From a bacterium (GTDB lineage: Bacteria > Acidobacteriota > HRBIN11 > JAKEFK01): DNA of 64,000 nucleotides. The position numbers and the translations under genes are program-made. The notes beneath the pieces were generated by a model. That model made no database searches and was not told where the DNA came from. It was given only the letters and a program-made list of their open reading frames with translations. The stretch lies in NCBI GenBank assembly GCA_022616075.1, contig JAKEFK010000024.1, forward strand, positions 572 through 64,571, in the 5' to 3' direction. Of this stretch, positions 40,143 to 49,086 are shown piece by piece; position 1 is the stretch's first letter; each line of letters begins with the position of its first letter.

Positions 40143-40353
40143 GAGAGCTGTAGATGCGCAAATCAATGGAAGTTGCAATTTCAATTATGAACCGTAGCCG
40201 CCTGTCTTGTGAGCGTGTGCGGGGCATTGTGAATCTAGCTGCGCAGAGTCGGCCTTCGCATCAGTTCCTGATATCGGACTCTCGGGCATCATTTAACAAT
40301 ATCTACCGGTCTCAAACTGCATCGCCACACTGCCTCTATTCTCTGAAAGTACG

Positions 40354-40857
40354 TCAATCAACGCAAGGATAGCTGCTCCCTAAATCGCCGTTGGAATCGC
40401 AAGGCTTTCCGGCTAAGAACGCATCGAAGCAGGTGCAGTCCTGCCAGTGAAGATAGACATTCTGTAATCCTGCGGGCGGGATCTTTGGGATGTGATTCGT
40501 TATCGGGCTTACATATACCTTGAAGATATTTCCGCCAAGATCACTCATCGCGGTGATCATTCCAAGCCATACTTCTTTCGGCGCGTTCGGATCCCTTCCA
40601 ATATCGCCGCCGAACTTCACATCGCCGCATTTGTAAAATGCCTTTGCGCAGGTTGCTGGTTTATAGAGCTGGATCGTGATGACTCCGCGCGAAGCTGCTA
40701 CAACCGTTCCATAGAGATCAGGACTTCTGTGCGTGAGGGGCGTTGTGCAAACGATTTCCCCGGTTTGCACAATCGCTGCAGCTCCAAAGAAGCAGCAGGT
40801 TAAGTAAAGCAGGATGATTTTCCGTGAAGACTTACATGGAGCGTTTCTATTTCGCAT
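40354..40857 (-). CDS. Secreted Cys-rich hypothetical protein
   Basis: Signal peptide plus 10 Cys residues. C-terminus GKPCDSNGDLGSSYPCVD. Confidence 0.5.
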   Translation of the reverse strand: MRNRNAPCKSSRKIILLYLTCCFFGAAAIVQTGEIVCTTPLTHRSPDLYGTVVAASRGVITIQLYKPATCAKAFYKCGDVKFGGDIGRDPNAPKEVWLGMITAMSDLGGNIFKVYVSPITNHIPKIPPAGLQNVYLHWQDCTCFDAFLAGKPCDSNGDLGSSYPCVD

Positions 40858-41101
40858 ACCCGATTACGAAACTCAAGAACTGTGCCAGCTAAACGCCACG
40901 GCACCTGACTCGGTGGAGATCCATTTGAACGGCCCAAAGGTCGAAGACTTTCTGGGTCGCGGTCGAAAGATTTCGACCCCGACACTCATTTTTGATATGC
41001 GATATCTATGGAATGATATCCACAACGTCGACGTGATCTCTCCCTGACCGACGAAGAAAAGCTGGCCAAGTTCTTGCTTTTACGGTGCCAGAGAGGTTGC
41101 G

Positions 41102-41575
41102 ATGGGTCTGCTTTATTTTGAGCTAACGGGTAACGTTGAATTCTTCAGGCTGCGGGCGATGGAACACGGATTCGATCTGTTGATGGCGCGCACGCCTTAC
41201 GGAATTGCAGGGTTGGGTGAAACGCACGCGATCACCACATTGATTGAGGAAATGCGCGCTGAACCTGCGATGGAGTTCCGCTTTTCTTTGCGCAATCTTT
41301 CCAGCCAATGTCTCAAGGAGCTCGTGGATCTTCACGTTCCGGAAGATGAGCTTCGCTACTACATCGTAACTTCATTAGACATCAAGAACCGCGACCTGCT
41401 CGTTTGTGAAAAGTCGCAAGGGCGATATTTCGTGATCAGACGTCCCAGCAAGAAAGAATGCCAGAACAGAAGCAACGCCCCCATTCTTATCACAAGGGAG
41501 AAAACTCAGTACTTCGCTGAGTTCGGCACTGATTTTGATATCGACCAGGCCGATTTTTCCAGGTTCGCTTTTTAG
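41102..41575 (+). CDS. Hypothetical protein, first gene of a four-gene operon
   Basis: 157 aa with no recognised domain. There is a 9-nt gap to the next gene. Confidence 0.4.
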   Translation: MGLLYFELTGNVEFFRLRAMEHGFDLLMARTPYGIAGLGETHAITTLIEEMRAEPAMEFRFSLRNLSSQCLKELVDLHVPEDELRYYIVTSLDIKNRDLLVCEKSQGRYFVIRRPSKKECQNRSNAPILITREKTQYFAEFGTDFDIDQADFSRFAF

Positions 41576-41584
41576 GGAGTACAT

Positions 41585-43174
41585 ATGATCGATGAAATCC
41601 GTTGTTTGAGATGCAATGCAAGGTTCGAAGAAATCGAATTCTGCAACCACGGTGAGATTGTTTCACCAACGCCGTTTTGCGAGGTTTGCGGCGATTGTAT
41701 TTGCGAAAAAAATGGAGATTCAACAGAAAACCGGCAACTGATGGAAATTTTCTATTCAGGAGTTTCTTCAGAGATCCTTGATGAACTTCCACGAAGGAGA
41801 GAGCATGAAGAAAAACTCCTTTCCATGTTTAGGAACTCGACGCATCCTTTGAGCTCAATTGATCATCTGCGTTCGACCTTCACACCGATCGCAGTGAATC
41901 AAATGCTCCGCTTTATCGTCAATGGAGGCATCCGCCGCTATCTTGTGAAAGCCATAAACGAGGACCTTCTTCCCGCCAGATCTCTTTTTTCGCGATCTGA
42001 GTGTTCCGTATTTCGTACTCATTCTCTTTATCCGATTAAAGTGTTCAATTTCGGCTCGCGAAGCAAAGGGGTCGTTCTTCTTGCTGGAACTGCTCACACA
42101 TTGAAGGGCTTATCCCAGCTTGAGCTTGGAAGAGAGGAAGTAGTTTTTGTGGGGGTTGAACTCAATGAGTCCCCCAAGCTTCTTGTCGATCAGTACCAGG
42201 AAGAGCGCGACTATACTCACGTCCTGCGAGTCTTCCGGGCATGGGTGGAGAGAGTGCGTCCTGAATTTGTCCGTTTTACCGAAAATGGAATTCCGCAATG
42301 CCTGATCGGAAAAAAGTGGGTCAAACCGCAGGGCTTCGATTCCACTGACGAATGGATTTCTGACGCGGAAAGGCTCAAGGATGGTTTTGCAGATTCCAGC
42401 GAGTTTTCATTCCGGTTCACTGGGACAACTGATAACTCCATCATCATGACTGTTTCTCCAACAAGAATCTCTGAAGATTCATTGTGGCCGACGTGCGAAC
42501 GCGTCTGGAAAGAGTTGCTGATCGCGCTTGAAAGAGCATCGGGAATATTGCTTATCGCATCGCACCGTGAGGAAGTGGGTTCTGTGCGCCAGTTCCTCAT
42601 GGATAGACTGAAGGAAAGGTTGGTGGAGTTTTCCGATTTCTCCAACTGGGGAATCGATGGCTCCGACTTTTACGCCGGTAACGTCGTATTTGCCGACCAC
42701 ACTCATCTCAAAACAGATCCTCATGATCTGATCGATCTGTCGCAAAGCGTTCCGGTCATTCTCTTCTACACAGGAATTCATCCTTCTGAGTATCTTCGTG
42801 AGCGGCCGATCCGAAGAAGGTTTGAAGCATGCATCGTCGGGCATTATCTCTTTACGAGTTTTCGCCCGCTCTGCAAATGTGCAGAAGGCGTTTCTTCTCA
42901 CGCAGTAAAAATTGCAAATGGCCGAATTGTTGATGCGGACTTTCTCGAACCAAAGGGCTGCGGACAGTGCTATGACTCCGGTTACCGCGACAAATATCTC
43001 CTGCTGTTTCCATATGAAGCACTGGTTCCGGAACCCGATGGAGATCCCTTTATTGATCAAAAGATGTTTGACGATTTTCTCGGTCTGAAGGTGTTGGATT
43101 TTTTCTACGCCTCGCGGCTGTTCGGCGCCTGTTTGAAAAACCAAACGGTAGTCGCAAGACTCGGATCTGAATGA
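41585..43174 (+). CDS. N-terminal Zn-ribbon protein with degenerate PilB/GspE-like secretion-ATPase features (Walker A lost, C-terminal tetracysteine retained)
   Basis: N-terminus CLRCN...CNHG...CEVCGDC. VLLAGTAHTLKG replaces GPTGSGKT. ILLIASHREE sits at the His-box position. C-terminal CKC...GCGQCYDSGYRDKYLLLFPYE resembles the GspE CxxC...CxxC-tGYkGR motif. Confidence 0.4.
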   Translation: MIDEIRCLRCNARFEEIEFCNHGEIVSPTPFCEVCGDCICEKNGDSTENRQLMEIFYSGVSSEILDELPRRREHEEKLLSMFRNSTHPLSSIDHLRSTFTPIAVNQMLRFIVNGGIRRYLVKAINEDLLPARSLFSRSECSVFRTHSLYPIKVFNFGSRSKGVVLLAGTAHTLKGLSQLELGREEVVFVGVELNESPKLLVDQYQEERDYTHVLRVFRAWVERVRPEFVRFTENGIPQCLIGKKWVKPQGFDSTDEWISDAERLKDGFADSSEFSFRFTGTTDNSIIMTVSPTRISEDSLWPTCERVWKELLIALERASGILLIASHREEVGSVRQFLMDRLKERLVEFSDFSNWGIDGSDFYAGNVVFADHTHLKTDPHDLIDLSQSVPVILFYTGIHPSEYLRERPIRRRFEACIVGHYLFTSFRPLCKCAEGVSSHAVKIANGRIVDADFLEPKGCGQCYDSGYRDKYLLLFPYEALVPEPDGDPFIDQKMFDDFLGLKVLDFFYASRLFGACLKNQTVVARLGSE

Positions 43175-43178
43175 TCTC

Positions 43179-44501
43179 ATGGCACTGGAGCTCAATAGAA
43201 CGCGAACGGCACCGATTACTGTTGTCCTGGTGGGTAGTGATAGGGAGGTTTCTCAAATGGAGCTGGCGAATACGAAAGTGAAAGCATTCCGCTTTACCTC
43301 CGGAGAGGAAGCCTTTGATTGGTGCCGTCGGAATGAGGAAACCTTTTCCCTGGTTATCGTTGGTCCACATACAGATGATATGACCGGAAAGAAACTTTCC
43401 AGGCTGATCAAGCAAGAGGTGGTTATGGATGTAATTCTGATTCTTGAATCGAATGACTCAGAGGAGACCGTAAAAAATCACACTGCCGCAGACATTTTGC
43501 TCTACCCAACAGAGTCGGTTATCGATCTTGTGCGGCAGTACATTGCCAATTACGCCTCTTACGGAAAAGGCGTTCCTGATGCTGAAATCATAATGCCGGA
43601 ATTCGAACAAATTTCGGGCTTGAGTAAAGGCGTCACCCTTAAGGGCTATACTCTTATCAACCTGATTGAATCCGGCGGGATGTCGGCTGTCTGGGAAGCG
43701 TATTCGAACATCAACAAGTCCGAGCGCGTCGCTATTAAGTTTCTTCATTCAACCTGGCTGCAGAGTGCAAGGATTTCGGAGTCGTTTAACCATGAAGCGA
43801 TCCTTCTTTCCAAATTTTCTCACAAGAACATTCTGAAGCTTTTGCTGTCCGGTTGCTGGAATTCTTATCAGTACATGATTCTGCCTTACGTTGATGGAAT
43901 GAGAGGTGACGATCTCTTTTCAGTGATTGAGCCTGCTCGCAGCGAAGTTGTGAGTTTCATTGCCTGTGAGCTCTTCAGCACGCTGGAGTACATTCACAAC
44001 TTTGCTGATGATGGATTGCAGCTGAATGTTCAGCATCGAGACGTGTGTCCGGATAATCTTCTCTTTTCGAAATCCGGATCGATGTTTCTAATCGACTTTG
44101 GAAGCGCGCGATCCGGACTGTTTGAGACCGGCTGCGACATTCGTCCTGTTCGTGAAAGCATCGCAGGGCATCATTTATATAATGCTCCCGAACAACTGGA
44201 CCGTTTTCATCCTCAACACAGTCGGCAATCTGATGTCTATTCTGCAGGTTTGACTTTGTACCGGCTCTTCGTACCCAGGCTCTATGCGGATGAGAATCAA
44301 ATATACGCTGACGTAGGGTCGCGAGCGCTTTATCCCCTTCCGGACAACGTTCCGGAGTATTACTGTGACTTTTTTCAAAAAACCCTCGCGCGGGCGCCCG
44401 AAAATCGCCCGACAGCAGCACACGCGCTCGCTTATATCAAGCGTCACTTTCCGCTTTTACAACAAGACGAGTTTAAAAATTACCTTCGTAATTTTATTTG
44501 A
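43179..44501 (+). CDS. Receiver-like N-domain fused to a Ser/Thr protein-kinase domain with an atypical catalytic loop (HRDVCPDN)
   Basis: Gly-loop/VAIK, HRD, DFG (IDFGSA) and APE (YNAPEQ) motifs. The catalytic-loop Lys is replaced by Cys. Confidence 0.7.
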   Translation: MALELNRTRTAPITVVLVGSDREVSQMELANTKVKAFRFTSGEEAFDWCRRNEETFSLVIVGPHTDDMTGKKLSRLIKQEVVMDVILILESNDSEETVKNHTAADILLYPTESVIDLVRQYIANYASYGKGVPDAEIIMPEFEQISGLSKGVTLKGYTLINLIESGGMSAVWEAYSNINKSERVAIKFLHSTWLQSARISESFNHEAILLSKFSHKNILKLLLSGCWNSYQYMILPYVDGMRGDDLFSVIEPARSEVVSFIACELFSTLEYIHNFADDGLQLNVQHRDVCPDNLLFSKSGSMFLIDFGSARSGLFETGCDIRPVRESIAGHHLYNAPEQLDRFHPQHSRQSDVYSAGLTLYRLFVPRLYADENQIYADVGSRALYPLPDNVPEYYCDFFQKTLARAPENRPTAAHALAYIKRHFPLLQQDEFKNYLRNFI

Positions 44502-46156
44502 GCTGTGAGGTTAGGATGATTGACTACAAAAAGAAGCAGATCGTTCTGGACGTTCTTGAACATCTTCGGGAATTTATCCGGTCTGATAATTTGGCTTTCG
44601 AAATTCATAAAGTCATCAAAGACGTTATGAGTGCTGACAACGTCACGGTGATTTTTGGTGACGATCAAGTTGATCAGTACTGGATCACGAGCCAGCCGGC
44701 AGAGGAACGCGGTGTGAGCTACACAGTTGTGAACAAGGCCAAAGCTGATGACAACGATACAGGCTACTGGTTTGCGGAAGTCGCGGAGCGGAGTAAAACG
44801 AAAAGCCAGATGGACTACGACATGAAATATTGCCTGGCTGCGGTTGTAGACACAGCGTCTGTTGTAGATCGCAGGCTCGGAACAATCTATTGTGATGTGC
44901 GCCGGGGACCGCATCGATACACCGAGCAGGATGCGAGATTCTTGAAGTATCTTGCTGACCACCTTGCTGTGTACTTGGAGTTGGTGATCGCCCGAAGAAA
45001 TTCCGCAAAACTCAGAGACCGGAATGATAAGTTTATGGAACTGCAGAAGCAGAATCCTGCAACTGTTCTAGAACGTCTCGTTGGATTTTCTCCGAAGATT
45101 GTGGAGATCAAAAACGACATCATGACTGTGATTTCATGTGTTGAGGAACCGGTCTTGATTCAGGGTGAAACCGGCACGGGCAAAGGTGTCGTTGCAAAGA
45201 TTATCCACGACCTTTCCTCACGCAGCTCAAAGGAGTTTGTAACAGTTGAGTGCAGCAATCTTCAGAAGGAGCTTGCGTATTCCGAACTCTGGGGGCATAA
45301 GAAAGGCGCTTATTCAGATGCGCGCGAAGGCCGTACCGGCCTTGTGCGAACGGCGCATGGCGGAACGCTGTTTCTTGATGAGATCGGGGACCTGCCTCTG
45401 ATCCAACAGGGAATGCTTCTACGAGTTTTACAGGAGGGTAAGGTTCGACCTTTAGGCGAGGATAGAGAAGAAGTGGTAAATTTCCGGCTGATTTGCGCCA
45501 CAAACCGCAATCTCCACAAGATGGTTCAGGAAGGTAAGTTTCGGGAAGACCTTTACTGGCGCATCAACAAGTTCCCAATTTATCTGCCGCCGCTTCGCGA
45601 TAGAAAAGAAGACATTTCGGTTCTTGCTGACCATTTCGCAAAAACGAAGTCCATTTCTCCAGACGCAATATGCTTGCTCAAAGCACTTCCTCTTACCGGA
45701 AACGTCCGTGAGCTGCAGGACCTCATTGGAATGGCGAAAGCATATGCGAAGTCCATGGAGATTACTCTTAAGGACGTGGAACTTGTTCTTGAAAGATGCA
45801 GTGCGAACTGTGTTGCATATCCCGACAACACTTCTTCTACTGAACCCGTGGATGGAAAAGTGCTCTTAAGCAGAGTCTTTTTGCACCAGTTGAGTTTTCA
45901 AGAACTTCAAGAGATGTGGAACAAGAAACGGATCACCAAAGAACAACTCAGGGCTCTTTTTGATGTTCTTTTTACTGTTACGCGTGGAGCGGTTGCTCCC
46001 ATCGGCCGTAGGCTGGGTATTACTGAGCAGAAGGTTATGGATCAGTTCATCGATTGGGTCGGCTACCTGCGCAAGCAGCGAATCCTGCCGCTGAAGGACG
46101 AGTTTGACTTCCCGGCCCGGATTTCACCTGAATCCCTCGATCAAGCTTTTGTCTAG
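44498..46156 (+). CDS. Sigma54-dependent enhancer-binding protein (GAF-like N-domain, AAA+ core, C-terminal HTH) with variant GAFTGA loop (GAYSDA)
   Basis: Walker A GETGTGKG, SELWGHKKGAYSDA, Walker B LFLDEIGDL, R-finger region, C-terminal HTH. Confidence 0.8.
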   Translation: MSCEVRMIDYKKKQIVLDVLEHLREFIRSDNLAFEIHKVIKDVMSADNVTVIFGDDQVDQYWITSQPAEERGVSYTVVNKAKADDNDTGYWFAEVAERSKTKSQMDYDMKYCLAAVVDTASVVDRRLGTIYCDVRRGPHRYTEQDARFLKYLADHLAVYLELVIARRNSAKLRDRNDKFMELQKQNPATVLERLVGFSPKIVEIKNDIMTVISCVEEPVLIQGETGTGKGVVAKIIHDLSSRSSKEFVTVECSNLQKELAYSELWGHKKGAYSDAREGRTGLVRTAHGGTLFLDEIGDLPLIQQGMLLRVLQEGKVRPLGEDREEVVNFRLICATNRNLHKMVQEGKFREDLYWRINKFPIYLPPLRDRKEDISVLADHFAKTKSISPDAICLLKALPLTGNVRELQDLIGMAKAYAKSMEITLKDVELVLERCSANCVAYPDNTSSTEPVDGKVLLSRVFLHQLSFQELQEMWNKKRITKEQLRALFDVLFTVTRGAVAPIGRRLGITEQKVMDQFIDWVGYLRKQRILPLKDEFDFPARISPESLDQAFV

Positions 46157-46268
46157 AACACTTCTTGAACGATCCTTGAGCGGGTAGAAGAGAAAGACCC
46201 AACCGAAAGGGATTGGATTCGAAAATAAGGTCAGCAATTTGGCGAGCAGAGCGAACTCAATGCTTAAT

Positions 46269-46724
46269 TTATAAACGCTGCCACCATTGTTTCACTATCT
46301 GCCAAAATCCGGTTTTTCCTTTGTCGGTTTCCGACATCACTCGGGTATCTTCTGCTGCACCCTCGATTGCCATCTCACCGATGTTGAAGTATCTCTCTTT
46401 CTCAGAGCGGTCGTATGCTCTTCCGGCCTCAATCTCGTTTCTAGACCATCGAGCAGCCCAATGAACATTGTTATTCGTTATCCAATAATGAGACTGGCAC
46501 TCGAAGCTCCAGTTCCCGATCGAAGGATGAAGCGAAATCGTCTTGCCATCAAAGATGAGCTTCCAATCCGTTGGTCCCAGCGGAGTAACGACTTCTTTTC
46601 CACAGCCACAGCAGCACTTGTGGACTACGGTTGCATACCTAATCGATATGTAAAGGGTCTCCTTCTCGATATGATCGGGAATAGATTCGACGAATTCATG
46701 TTTAAGAACTCTCTTCCTTCTCAT
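46269..46724 (-). CDS. Prokaryotic E2-like (UBC-fold) protein
   Basis: HPS-x7-C spacing (HPSIGNWSFEC) like the eukaryotic E2 HPN...C signature. Its stop/start overlaps the E1 gene. Confidence 0.5.
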   Translation of the reverse strand: MRRKRVLKHEFVESIPDHIEKETLYISIRYATVVHKCCCGCGKEVVTPLGPTDWKLIFDGKTISLHPSIGNWSFECQSHYWITNNNVHWAARWSRNEIEAGRAYDRSEKERYFNIGEMAIEGAAEDTRVMSETDKGKTGFWQIVKQWWQRL

Positions 46725-47911
46725 TAACGCATGTCTTCATTTGTGAGCAAGTCGCAATCGATCGTATACGTGCTGTGATGTTCACGCTTGAGGTCGCGAT
46801 AAAAGCCAAACAGTTTCTTCCATTTGATGACAGCTAAGGCGGCGTTGAGAGCGTTGAGATCAGCAATCTGGATATTCGTATCATATTGATTGTCTCTACC
46901 ACCATCCGAAAAAGAGATCCTGTTACGAACATGGTCACGCTGTTTCGGCGTGCTGGTCGTGATCCTTAGAATGCCGCCCAATGAATCATCAGTCACATTA
47001 ACACCCATACCGACGTCGATGAACGGAACGCCGCAGTATTCGAGCATTTCCACGATCATCTTTTTTGCCGAGCTGCGATCCAGGCAAAGAAAACCGAAGT
47101 CCATGTTTTGCAGTTCCCCGACATTCCCTGCATCTACATAAACCGCATGATCAATGACACCCCGGTGCATTTTCGAGTACAGACTCTTCAGGTAGACAAC
47201 CTTAGGTGGCTTCGTCATCAGGTCGTCAATCGAAGGAGCGCCCGGGGATCTGAAAGCGTTGTGCTGCAAAAAAGCATCTCCGTCAAAAAGGTGGATTTCC
47301 TTTACAGGGGTCTTAGCAACAAGATCCAGCACGTAACAGCCGGTTCCGCCCAACCCCACGATTGCAATCTTTAGTGGTTCTAGCTTTTTTGCGACGAAGT
47401 CAATTTCGGCCCTGCTTGAAGCGGTATCGATGTAATTGAATACAGTTTCCTCATTCTCTTTATCTGGTTCGATAACGGGAAACGTTTTTGACGTAATCAA
47501 TGGATCGATCAACTGAGCCGGGCCGGATATGATTGCGACATATGTGGTCACTTTAACGTAATAATCCTCATACAATCCGCTCGGCTTGGGCTTCGCTGAG
47601 AACCTGTGTTGGACCACGACGCCCTCAGCGAGGGTGCGGTTTTCACATGAATTTCTGATCTGCTCTATTTCCTTTCCATCCGCATTGCAGGGGTAATCGC
47701 CGACAAAATGAGCAACATGATCCTCAGGACGTGAGGTTATATCGCCCGCCAGGGTTAATGTTGAGACCAGAATTCCGAGCTTTATTTCTTTGCGGGAGTT
47801 TACATACGGAACATCCTTCACGAGTAAATAGCCGGAACGGATTTGGAGATCATAACCCTCGTCGCGCAGCTTTTTCAGGTCAGCGCTATGACTTATCAGT
47901 TTGCGTGACAT
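46724..47911 (-). CDS. ThiF/MoeB-family E1-like activating enzyme with a roughly 180-aa N-terminal extension
   Basis: Rossmann motif IAIVGLGGTGCYVLDLV...HLFDGDAF typical of E1/ThiF. The N-terminal domain is of unknown function. Confidence 0.7.
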   Translation of the reverse strand: MSRKLISHSADLKKLRDEGYDLQIRSGYLLVKDVPYVNSRKEIKLGILVSTLTLAGDITSRPEDHVAHFVGDYPCNADGKEIEQIRNSCENRTLAEGVVVQHRFSAKPKPSGLYEDYYVKVTTYVAIISGPAQLIDPLITSKTFPVIEPDKENEETVFNYIDTASSRAEIDFVAKKLEPLKIAIVGLGGTGCYVLDLVAKTPVKEIHLFDGDAFLQHNAFRSPGAPSIDDLMTKPPKVVYLKSLYSKMHRGVIDHAVYVDAGNVGELQNMDFGFLCLDRSSAKKMIVEMLEYCGVPFIDVGMGVNVTDDSLGGILRITTSTPKQRDHVRNRISFSDGGRDNQYDTNIQIADLNALNAALAVIKWKKLFGFYRDLKREHHSTYTIDCDLLTNEDMR

Positions 47912-48368
47912 TGAAGATCATTCCATCCTTGATCTTAACTTTTCCTCCAGGCATCAACGTACCTTCTAGGTTCGGATGAGGGCCGCCCTCATATGTGATT
48001 GTGAACAAGATGTTCTCTCCGGTCGGCACAGGGTCGAACGCAAGGGCGACGATTTCATTGAACGACAACTCCTTCTTCGTTACGACTTTCTTTCGGCCAT
48101 TTACGATGATCGTGAATTCCTTGCCCTTGGCGGAACCACTGTGGAAATGCTCGCCATCTTTCAGATGGATTATCTCTTGGTCGTTTGGAATAGGCTGATC
48201 TTCTCTATTGCCGGTAACCTCGCGATATAGCACGAGTCCTGGTTCTATATCGCCGAGCTTATATATGGCCTCGCCTATGGTGGGATTTGGCGATACGTGC
48301 AGCTTCTGATCAATATGAATCCTCACCTCATCGTGTTTCTGGTCCGCTTTCGTTTTTTGTTCAGACAT
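47886..48368 (-). CDS. Multiubiquitin-family (tandem beta-grasp) Ubl protein
   Basis: 160 aa with two beta-grasp-like halves. Operon context with E1 and E2. The C-terminus is ...TQTDKS with no GG. Confidence 0.5.
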   Translation of the reverse strand: MSEQKTKADQKHDEVRIHIDQKLHVSPNPTIGEAIYKLGDIEPGLVLYREVTGNREDQPIPNDQEIIHLKDGEHFHSGSAKGKEFTIIVNGRKKVVTKKELSFNEIVALAFDPVPTGENILFTITYEGGPHPNLEGTLMPGGKVKIKDGMIFNVTQTDKS

Positions 48369-48438
48369 TAAATCATCCTCCTTAAATGTGTTTGGTAACT
48401 CTTCCTTTGCGGCACTGCTTCGCTAATTTCGATTGGCA

Positions 48439-48894
48439 TCAGTTGTCCTGCTGGCATAACCGCGCCCGCAAGCGTGAAATGAGTGTTCTTGCGCGGCCCA
48501 CCTTTGTTTTGGTCAATTCGTGGTAGGAAAATCCGCGCGCAATAGAAACAAGAAGTCGCCATTCCGCCACGCTCATGTCGCCCCGGAGCTCTGCCAGACG
48601 AAGGCGAGCCAGCATCCGATGTTCTGCATGTGGTTCGAGCTGCTCTTGAAGATATTTACGCTTGAGCCGCGCATGGTTCCGTTCAACCCAGGAGCCGGTG
48701 GAAATGGCCGTGTTGAATTTGCGCTGAAATTCTTCTTGATCTGCGGGAACGCCGGTGGATTCAACGGTCGCCAGCAAGAAGGCGAGACCGTTTTCAATAC
48801 CCCAAGTTCGGTGAGTTACTTTGCCGCAACGCGCGGCCTGTGATTGGTGCTCCGCATAAACGCACCAAGGAAAAGGTAAGTCTTCCATGTTCAT
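48439..48894 (-). CDS. Hypothetical protein with C-terminal sigma70-region-4/LuxR-like HTH
   Basis: ...MSVAEWRLLVSIARGFSYHELTKTKVGRARTLISRLRARL. First gene of the Ubl/E1/E2 transcription unit. Confidence 0.4.
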   Translation of the reverse strand: MNMEDLPFPWCVYAEHQSQAARCGKVTHRTWGIENGLAFLLATVESTGVPADQEEFQRKFNTAISTGSWVERNHARLKRKYLQEQLEPHAEHRMLARLRLAELRGDMSVAEWRLLVSIARGFSYHELTKTKVGRARTLISRLRARLCQQDN

Positions 48895-49086
48895 CTCCTT
48901 TTGTGGGGATCGCTATTGTCCCCGCGATGACTGAGTGCAGATGAACCTTTTCATTGGCTTGCTGAACCGCGAACCGGAACGCTGTGCCCGATTCGAGGCC
49001 TATACCAGCCGCCTAGCAAGGCCGTTCTGCCCCACAATTATTGTAGTCCAAAATCGCTTAATGTTACAGATGGTTAGAAAAAAAGA

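Noticed and set aside
42479-43195. 238-aa minus-strand ORF inside the Zn-ribbon/PilB-like gene
   Set aside because: It is antisense to an operon of four tightly coupled plus-strand genes and has no features of its own.
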